Positions 55,959 to 64,000 of a stretch of DNA of 64,000 bases are shown in pieces. This DNA is from Euprymna scolopes (taxonomy: Eukaryota): assembly GCA_053919585.1 (NCBI GenBank), contig CM132809.1. The stretch is one strand, 5' to 3'. Numbering within the stretch: position 1 is the stretch's first letter; each line of letters begins with the position of its first letter. The translations under genes were made by a program, and so were the position numbers. The notes under the pieces are model-generated. The model did not search any database and was not told the origin of the DNA. It worked only from the letters and a program-made list of their open reading frames with translations.

Positions 55959-57169
55959 TATTAGCACCTACATTTTTAAAAATTAGGTATTTTTTTAAGT
56001 TCGAGTTAACAAGATGGCGGCAATTTTTCACCTGCTAACACAATGCAAGTTGTTTTTTTATAGGCCAGTAATATTCAGGTAATTTCGACTGCATAATTTG
56101 AAAGCTACCATTGTAACTTATTAAAATTGACAACAAAAAAAATCAGTAAGAAAAACAAAAAAAAACATTGTTTTTTATCTGAAAACTTCATTTACCGACT
56201 ACAAAATTCCGTTCTATAGTGTACAAGTTTCAACTTTTTTAAAAAGCTGTTTGGCCTTCCAAACCTGCCAATAAAAGGCTAAATTTGGCCCAGAAAGTCG
56301 ATGCTTCCAAAATGGCGTAAAGAATTACTAGAACATTGTATTAAACACGGATCACACCTTAAAAATATTAAATATTAATTTTTTTATTTTTTTATTTTGG
56401 ATTATCTGGTAGATAAGTGATCATTCGATAAAAAACCTGTTGAACAAAATAAAAATATTTAAAAGACAAAAATAGAAAATTATATATATTTCAGATGGAA
56501 ATAAATTTTTTAAAAAACTTTTTCGTTTGAACTTCTGCAGTTTATGAACCGGGTTATTTGTTTCAGGTAGTAGTCCACAGATAAATTCAAATGAATAGTA
56601 TTTATTGGGCAAATGTGTATTTCTGCGGGGTAAATTATTTGACAGACAAAAAATGTATAAAAAATGTTTTTATATAAAACACATTCGACCCCAAGGCTGA
56701 AATAAAACCAAATCTTTTGTTTTTTCAACATTTTTTTATTAAATAATAATAATAATATAATATGAACTAATAATAATATAATATAATATGAACTGATAAT
56801 AATATAATATAACTAAATGTAAAACAATCGAGACCGTCATTTTGTTTTACATTTAAGCATATTTTACGTCCGGGCGTCTCTGCTAGCTTAGATAAATACT
56901 TTTGCAGTTTTAACAAAAGGGCTACAATATCAAAGCGTCTCCATTTACGCTGAACATCAACAGAATTCCAACATCAATATATTTTAAATGTGTCCCTTGT
57001 GGAATTTCCACAGGTCCAGCTAGTTAATTTAATAAGTAATTTTCTATCTCACCGTTTTTCGTAATTTTTTGGATATGTTTATTACTGTGACTTTACAAAT
57101 TAGGTACCATTGGTTTTACTTAATGTTCAAGATTTCGATTCTCAGATGAAAAATAAAGAAAAATTAACA

Positions 57170-57902
57170 AACTGTTCCTTCGGAACTTCTGCAGTTTATG
57201 AATCGTGCTATTTCTTAGAGATTTCAGGTTAAATTCAAATTTAAAGTATTTTTTTTAGATGAAAGTAAAAATGGTTAAATAAATCCCCCGTTTACTTATG
57301 TTTAGCTATGTTTAATAATACCACTATTATTTCAATTTAACAAATTGTTCAATTTATATAATTAATCATTAAATCTATATTTTCATAAACAGTGATTTTC
57401 AGATTAAAAAATTCGTAATATACTTTTTAAACACCTCATAGTAATACAGTATTTTATGTAATATATTCCTGAATTGTTTGTCATACGATGCCGCCATTAA
57501 TTTCTGTAAATTAAATACTTCCTCTTTCTCCAGTACATGCAGAATAAGGACCGGACTTGTTTTAGTTCACATTTTCAAGCTAAATCCAGATTTTTAGAGT
57601 TGCCATTCTTTTTTTTTTTTTTTTTTGTATAATTCGATGAAAAAAAAAATGCTAACTTTCGTTCAGAACTTCTGCGGTTTACAAACCGTGTTATTTCTTA
57701 AATAGGAGTTTCAGGTTAAATTCAAATTCATCGTATTTTTTGTCAGGTGAAAGTACAAAATAGTTAAATAACCCCCCCCCATTCTTTGGTTTTACTTTCT
57801 AAATAATAAAGTTATTATTTCAATATACAATTTTCATAAAAAGCTTTTTTCCGAATTAAAAGAAAAAAATCATGTAATTTTTTTTAATTCGAAAAAAAGC
57901 TG

Positions 57903-57953
<51 letters not shown>

Positions 57954-57985
57954 CTTATAGTAATGCCGTATAATTCTGTATAATA
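57170..57985 (+). repeat. Old diverged tandem duplication (~480-520 bp offset), with a third partial copy at ~56520-56595
   Basis: GAACTTCTGC(A/G)GTTTA..TTTCAGGTTAAATTCAAAT..GAAAGTA..GTTAAATAA..CCCCC..ATAGTAAT blocks recur in order at ~57183-57460 and ~57666-57985. GAACTTCTGCAGTTTATGAA also occurs at 56529. Confidence 0.75.
57907..57950. repeat. (AT)n microsatellite
   Basis: Uninterrupted AT dinucleotide run. Confidence 0.97.
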
Positions 57986-59130
57986 TGACTTCTGTAAGGG
58001 TTGTCGTTTTTTTTATAGGACTTTTTGTAAATACATTTTAAATGTTTTTATTAAATAATTATTTTTTTTAATAAAGAAAATCTGATTTTAAAAACAGTAT
58101 TTCTCAAGTTAAACATTTATCATTTACTGTTTGTAACACGTCATATTATTTTCCATATTAATATTTCGTATAATATTGCCGTATCTAAGATAATATATTC
58201 TTAAATATTTTTAGAAAAACAGCAATAAAATTACTTTTTAATAATGACCTATCTCATATAGAATATTCTTAAATATTTTGTTATATAAATAGAAATAAAA
58301 TTATTTTTAAATATATTTATTTCATATTCTTGGACATTTTAATAATCAATATATTTTTTAAACACTGTACACATAGCATATATGTAATTTAAAAAAATAC
58401 ACAATTTAAATAAAATGATTTTAAATATATTCAGGAAGAGAAACCTACAAAAAAAAAAAGTAAAAAATTAAAATCTAGACAACTTAAATATGGCCAAAGG
58501 AAAAATTATTTCATCTACCTGGATAAGAACGGTGTTGTAGGACATTTTAAAACATTTAATTCAAAACATAAGTAGCGACAAATTGGTAAGTTAGAACAAG
58601 ATGGCCGACATTCAAGCATTCAATTGGAATGTTTCGATAATTGATCAAACCATGAAAACAAAACAGAAATTTATACTTGCCGGACATGTTTGATTGTTAA
58701 CCTTGCAATTAAGCATTGCTTATTTTTAGAACCAAATAACACATTAAAATACGTTAGAAAACATTAAAATACGGTAAATTACAATTCCGCTATGTAGAAA
58801 AGTAACTTTATATTTGTTTGTTATATTTTTTAATTGTTTAACTTGAAATTTATTTTATTTTTTTGTTTGTGGTCTTCGTTGCGAAATAACTTTAAATTCT
58901 TATAAATTTTATGATTGTTTAAGAAAGGGAAACAGGAAACACTTAGTCAGAATCGGATCATTTTTTCATATGAATAGTTTTTTTTTTTTTTGTTTTACAT
59001 ATTATATTGCCTTTTACTTTAGATATGATGTTCCGATTAAATTTAATTCTTATGGCCTCTGTTGTTTATTAAATTTTAGATGAAACTTCGGGATTGTTTT
59101 TTTTTTTTTTGTTCCAGCTCACCATGTTAA

Positions 59131-59258
59131 GCATGAGTTTCTAAATAAGGACGTTAGTATTTCAGCACGGGCCATGTTTTGTATAAGTACCAAATAGTTA
59201 AATTGTCATTGAAATCGAAAGATGAAAAAGTTTATACAATTAAAGTTTGTTCAATTTC
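59131..59258 (+). repeat. Dispersed repeat, copy 1 (copy 2 at 61743-61871)
   Basis: GTTTCTAAATAA..TATTTCAG..TGTTTTGTATAAGTACCAAA..TTAAATTGT..GAAAGA.GAAAAA..TTTGTTCAATTTC is shared between the two loci. Confidence 0.8.
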
Positions 59259-59965
59259 GCATGCATTTATACAACAAGTTGATTTTTTATTTTCCCAATA
59301 AAATTGTAAATAAAAAGGAACATTTTTTTTTTAATAGTAAATTTCTTTCTATAAATCCATGTACATTTTTTTTTTTTAGGAACAAGTTTAAAATAGCAAA
59401 TGTTGAAGTAAATACAGTCGGCAGCCATTTTTAGTGGAAAACTACGAATTTATCATTTAAATTTGTTTAAAATTTAAATTAAAAATTTAAATCAATGCAA
59501 GACTTATCAAATAAAGGGAAAATTGTGAATTTCATAGGAATACAATTTAAACAACAAACTTTATTTGAAATGCATTGAATCGTTAAAAGTTATGAAAAAA
59601 TACAATTTAAAAGGCATTGAATTGTTAAAAGTTAGGAAATAAAATATCGAAAAAAAAAACAAACTTACCTTTAAATTAAAAATGAAGCAATAAAAAACAT
59701 GAAAAAAATAACTGAACAAAACACGTAAGGATACAATAAAAATATGAAAATTAAAAAAGTTTAAAAGCTACAAAAAACAATAAAATATTATAATAAAACT
59801 TTGTCAATTTTTAAAAGTTCGTTAATTACTTGTGATGAAACGTTTTCATATCAAGTTTAGAACGTATTGTCCAATCATAAAACTATGATGAATAACGGTG
59901 GTGAATCGAATACGTCTAAGGCATCTGTTCTGTCTTAGTTATATGCTAACGGTTATTTATATTTA

Positions 59966-59969
<4 letters not shown>

Positions 59970-60035
<66 letters not shown>

Positions 60036-60108
60036 CATATCTGTGTGTGTGTTTAAATATGTTAATATATGTATTTAAATTAAATATGTACAGATATATT
60101 TGCATATA

Positions 60109-60153
<45 letters not shown>
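59970..60153. repeat. Two (AT)n microsatellites (59970-60031, 60114-60153) with AT-rich spacer
   Basis: Direct reading. Confidence 0.95.
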
Positions 60154-60158
<5 letters not shown>

Positions 60159-60379
60159 ATTTAAAGGAGATTAGAATAATAGTCTAAAGAGCTAAGTGTA
60201 TTTTAATGTAATAGTGAAATTACTAGTTTAATTAAAATACAGGAAATGCTCGTTGTAAGTTAGATATATAATAAGCTCAATAGTTAAATGTCCTAGAGCT
60301 GATTCAATATTAAGTAATGTGATTTATAATTTAAAAATTAAAAAAAAAATTTTTTAATTTAAAAATCAAAATTTAATTA

Positions 60380-60678
60380 AATTAAAAATCAGTTTCATAA
60401 GAAGGAGCAACAACGAAGTCAATTATCTGTACGATCGTTTCGGAAATCCGTGATTCATCTGCCTTACTTTTAATGCTAGGTTTATTTTTGGTGTCTTTTC
60501 AATTCAATAGAAATCCTCCTAAATTTGCTGATGAGGAGACTGTGCTTACCAAAAAAACTATGTATAATTGTTCTACGTGACTTCATGTATACCACAAATA
60601 AAAAGCACGGATTTCCGAAACGATCGTACAGATAATTGACTTTGTTGTTGTTCCTTCTTATGAAACTGACTTTTAATT
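60380..60678. mobile_element. MITE/foldback-like element with ~73-bp terminal inverted repeats
   Basis: 60380-60452 is the reverse complement of 60606-60678 with about 3 mismatches, around a ~150-bp non-coding spacer. The right arm abuts an N-gap. Confidence 0.8.
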
Positions 60679-60826
60679 NNNNNNNNNNNNNNNNNNNNNN
60701 NNNNNNNNNNNNNNNNNNNNNNNNNNNNNNNNNNNNNNNNNNNNNNNNNNNNNNNNNNNNNNNNNNNNNNNNNNNNNNNNNNNNNNNNNNNNNNNNNNNN
60801 NNNNNNNNNNNNNNNNNNNNNNNNNN
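60679..60826. other. Assembly gap or masked run (148 N)
   Basis: Run of N. Confidence 0.99.
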
Positions 60827-61218
60827 TCAGATATATTATAAGGTATATTTTTATAAATATACATATACATATATTTAAAAATATATTTATAGTTGAAAAA
60901 AATATTTTTATTGCGTTTTCTCCCCAAACAACGAACAGTGTCACTTTGACGCGGAGAGCTGGGACATAATTGAAAGAATACTATGTAGGGAGTTGAGCAA
61001 CAAATTCATGTACATATTTTTGAACGCACCAATTTAAAATAGAAAACGTTAAAGTGACTTCACAGCCTGCAGGTATTTTGAGTGGAAAACAACACATTTT
61101 TCTGTTTAAATTTCTTTAAATAATAATGTCTACGGGCAACGGGAAATCGAGATTCACATATAAAATTACACTGATTTCAAATGCATTGAATTGTTAAAAG
61201 TCAGCAAATAAAATATTG

Positions 61219-61493
61219 AAAAAAAATTATATTTCTTTGTAGGCAATTCAATAAAAAAAATTACATTTCTTTGTAGGCAATTCAATAAAAAAAATATTAC
61301 ATTTCTTTGTAGGCAATTCAATAAAAAAATATTACATTTCTTTGTAGGCAATTCAATAAAAAAATATTACATTTCTTTGTAGGCAATTCAAAAAAAATTA
61401 CATTTCTTTTTAGGCAATTCAAAAAAAAATTACATTTCTTTGTAGGCAATTCAAAAAAAAATATTACATTTCTTTGTAGGCAATTAAAAAAAA
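61219..61493. repeat. Minisatellite, 8 copies of a ~32-36-bp unit (A-run + TTACATTTCTTTGTAGGCAATTCA)
   Basis: The core TTTCTTTGTAGGCAATT recurs 8 times (one copy has a substitution). Length variation lies in the A tract. Confidence 0.95.
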
Positions 61494-61529
61494 TCGGATG
61501 AATTCTTTTATGTTTGAATCGGAAAAATC

Positions 61530-61690
61530 TGACGAGTCGTCGTACGACGATGTTCACTCTACACAATTCTGAACACTTCTTTCTTAAAACTGTCCACCTA
61601 TGGAACACTGTTTTTCTGGCTTCTTGACCGACTACAATATCGTTGCCTTCAAGTCCAATGTAAACAAGTTCGCAAAACTCTGACGATGTT
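61530..61690 (+). mobile_element. Short, old 3'-end fragment of a CR1/L2-group LINE
   Basis: Translates to HFFLKTVHLWNT and, after a frameshift, DYNIVAFKSNVNKF. This is the same C-terminal FFxxTxxLWN...FKxxVN motif seen at 55350-55450. Confidence 0.65.
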
Positions 61691-61742
61691 AAGTCTACAC
61701 CGATCTGGACGCTTCTACCCCCCCCAAGCAACCTTCTTTTAA

Positions 61743-61871
61743 GCATATGTTTCTAAATAATAACGATATTATTTCAGTATGGTCCGTGTTTTGTATAAGT
61801 ACCAAAAAATTAAATTGTAATTTAATTTGAAAGAAGAAAAAAGTTTTTTAAATTAATGTTTGTTCAATTTC
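61743..61871 (+). repeat. Dispersed repeat, copy 2 of 59131-59258
   Basis: Direct similarity to 59131-59258. Confidence 0.8.
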
Positions 61872-61941
61872 AATTAAAAATAATAATTATAATTAAAAGC
61901 ATGTATATATATACATATATATATGTGTGTATAAAAAATAT

Positions 61942-62106
61942 NNNNNNNNNNNNNNNNNNNNNNNNNNNNNNNNNNNNNNNNNNNNNNNNNNNNNNNNNNN
62001 NNNNNNNNNNNNNNNNNNNNNNNNNNNNNNNNNNNNNNNNNNNNNNNNNNNNNNNNNNNNNNNNNNNNNNNNNNNNNNNNNNNNNNNNNNNNNNNNNNNN
62101 NNNNNN
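61942..62106. other. Assembly gap or masked run (165 N)
   Basis: Run of N. Confidence 0.99.
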
Positions 62107-63100
62107 ATTTTTTTATTTCTTTTTCACCCCAGACAAAGCAAAGTTACACTTTGATGTATGAGAATACTATCTGGGACATATCTTTGTACGGGTACTATGT
62201 AGAGAGCAGAGCAGCAAGATGCCTGTTTACATTACACTTGATCTTCTGCATGTCAGTACATCAGGAAAATAGGAAGCAGGAAGGGAATTCCAAATCTAGC
62301 ATTCCTAGGGAAGAAACTATTAGGTTAGAAGATTTCTTACATCTAGAGATGTATACTGTGTAGAGGGGATTTTGCTGGTTGTCGGGTTGTCGGAGGTATT
62401 ACGTTGAGGGGTCACAATAGGTTTTAGTTCCTCGGATCACCTACCATTAAAGTATTTGTAAAACATTTCGTGATGCGATAGCGGTTAAAGCCTAGCTGAT
62501 AGTGCGTGATCTATTAAGTTGGCAACTCTCTTTTGAAGCTTGTCTAAGAGGGAGAGACAAGAAGCAGATGCAGTAAACTTGGGCGAATGGTGGTCTTGTA
62601 GATGTACACGATTCTCTAAGGCGAATCTTCTTTGGCAGCAGCTTTGCAAATGCACTCAATGTATTCGTTCGAACTCATGTTCCCCGTGAATGTTAAGCCG
62701 AGCAGTTTTAACGAACTACTATCAGCTAATGTATCATTTGCCAAGGTTTCTTGTAGTTATTAAAGGAAAGGAGTTTAGTCTTGGAAGCATTGAATGTGAC
62801 TATCAATTTTCGTCCCCAGTCCACCACAGATTGGCTTGGATACGTGTACATTCGTTTTCCCCTCATGCCTGTTATAGAGCGTGGTGTCTTCAGCAAATAT
62901 ACCGATTTCAAAGACAATTTTTTCAGGGAGGTCATTTATGGATGCCAGGGATAATAAAGGTCCTAGGATTGACTCCTGAGGTAATCTCGCATTGATATAT
63001 TATTTTGACGTAAGTTCATCGAAGACAACCTGGATTCATTTCTTAAGAAGGATTTAACTATATTAAGTATTCGTCTAGTAACATCATATGATCTTTTGAA
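62107..63100 (-). mobile_element. Degenerate 5'-truncated CR1/L2-group LINE, same family as 54732-55560, including RT core motifs
   Basis: The minus strand reads INARLPQESILGPLLSLASINDLP...IGIFAEDTTLY (decayed GVPQGSILGP and YADD-type motifs), then QSVVDWGRKLIVTFNASKTKLLSFNNYKK. Its 3' end (..GTACTGACATGCAGAAG..GATAGTA..GGGGTGAAAAAGAAATAAAAAA) matches the + strand copy. Confidence 0.92.
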
Positions 63101-63263
63101 GGTTTTATTTGTAAAAAAAAGAGACAGAGAAAAAGAGAGAAAAAGAATAAAACTTTAAAAAAAACCTTGCAACCTGCATGTTTTTCTTTTCAGAAAAAAA
63201 AAAAAGAGAAAATAACTTTTTGTTGAAAAACTGAATTTTAAAACAGCTGGCGAATGTGGGTGC

Positions 63264-63264
<1 letters not shown>

Positions 63265-63320
<56 letters not shown>

Positions 63321-63386
63321 AAACTCTCTCTCTTTCTCCCTCTCTCACTCTCTCTCTCTATTTCTCCCCCCCGCTCTCTCTCTCTC
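63265..63386. repeat. (CT)n microsatellite / polypyrimidine tract
   Basis: Pure CT run followed by an interrupted CT-rich stretch. Confidence 0.96.
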
Positions 63387-63710
63387 ATGTCATTTTCATT
63401 TAAGTCTTCGCGGACATTTTCCTTCCCCCTCTCTCTCCGTCTCTCTCCATTAATGCGTTTCCTTTTTCTTGGTAGCCATCAGCATTGCTTAACGCTGATT
63501 GGCTGTGCTGTGAAGACAATCCCAATCAACTATGTGAAACCCTTTTCAGATCAGTTCCAAAGAAACCATCGGACAGTGAAGTCTTGTTTTTGGAATTACG
63601 CCGGACTCAGCGACGTAAAACACTCAACTTCTTCACTAAGGGTGGAAAGCCCTTATTAAGTGGTTGAAATTAGTGTTTCAAAATACACCATTTATTGAAG
63701 AAGTTAACCT

Positions 63711-63985
63711 CTTTCAGAGAAAGCGAAGAGAAAAAGAAGGAAAAAGAAACCAACCCTTTCAGAGAAAGCGAAGAGAAAAAGAAGGAAAAAGAAACCAACC
63801 CTTTCAGAGAAAGCGAAGAGAAAAAGAAGGAAAAAGAAACCAACCCTTTCAGAGAAAGCGAAGAGAAAAAGAAGGAAAAAGAAACCAACCCTTTCAGAGA
63901 AAGCGAAGAGAAAAAGAAGGAAAAAGAAACCAACCCTTTCAGAGAAAGCGAAGAGAAAAAGAAGGAAAAAGAAACCAACCCTTTC
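63711..63985. repeat. 45-bp minisatellite, ~6.1 identical copies
   Basis: CTTTCAGAGAAAGCGAAGAGAAAAAGAAGGAAAAAGAAACCAACC occurs at 63711, 63756, 63801, 63846, 63891 and 63936. Confidence 0.98.
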
Positions 63986-64000
63986 TGAAGACAAGATAAC

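Noticed and set aside
63560-63640. LINE endonuclease N-terminus (VKSCFWNYAGLSDVKH resembles the xxWNxxGL motif)
   Set aside because: Only one short motif, with no downstream AP-endonuclease motifs recognisable. A profile search would be needed.
52472-63999. Short ORFs in AT-rich, microsatellite, minisatellite or N-gap sequence
   Set aside because: Low-complexity translations (F/K/I/N-rich, ER/SL repeats, X runs) or antisense to LINE fragments, with no recognisable domains.

Overview
AT-rich eukaryotic (probably invertebrate animal) genomic DNA with no intact protein-coding gene I can support. Positions 1-50781 are one highly homogeneous tandem array of an 84-bp monomer: about 594 units by my count, including about 40 units with a 21-bp internal duplication and four with a +1 insertion. 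The array runs off the left edge of the window. On the minus strand the monomer encodes a 28-aa unit (YSLEQLEYSCPEKSNLPMHMSSNTEEKS) that aligns residue for residue with a C2H2 zinc finger plus TGEKP linker, but three of the four zinc ligands are lost. Immediately upstream on the same strand (50782-~51290), and joined in frame to the array, are decayed but recognisable C2H2 fingers (e.g. HTRENSYFCIMCASIFFSQR*NLMRHMIIH) that are also homologous to the monomer at DNA level. The best reading is a satellite DNA born in situ by amplification of one degenerate finger of a zinc-finger pseudogene, now showing kb-scale higher-order structure. The remaining ~13 kb is intergenic-like sequence with CR1/L2-group LINE fragments, MITE-like elements, dispersed repeats, mini/microsatellites and two N-gaps.
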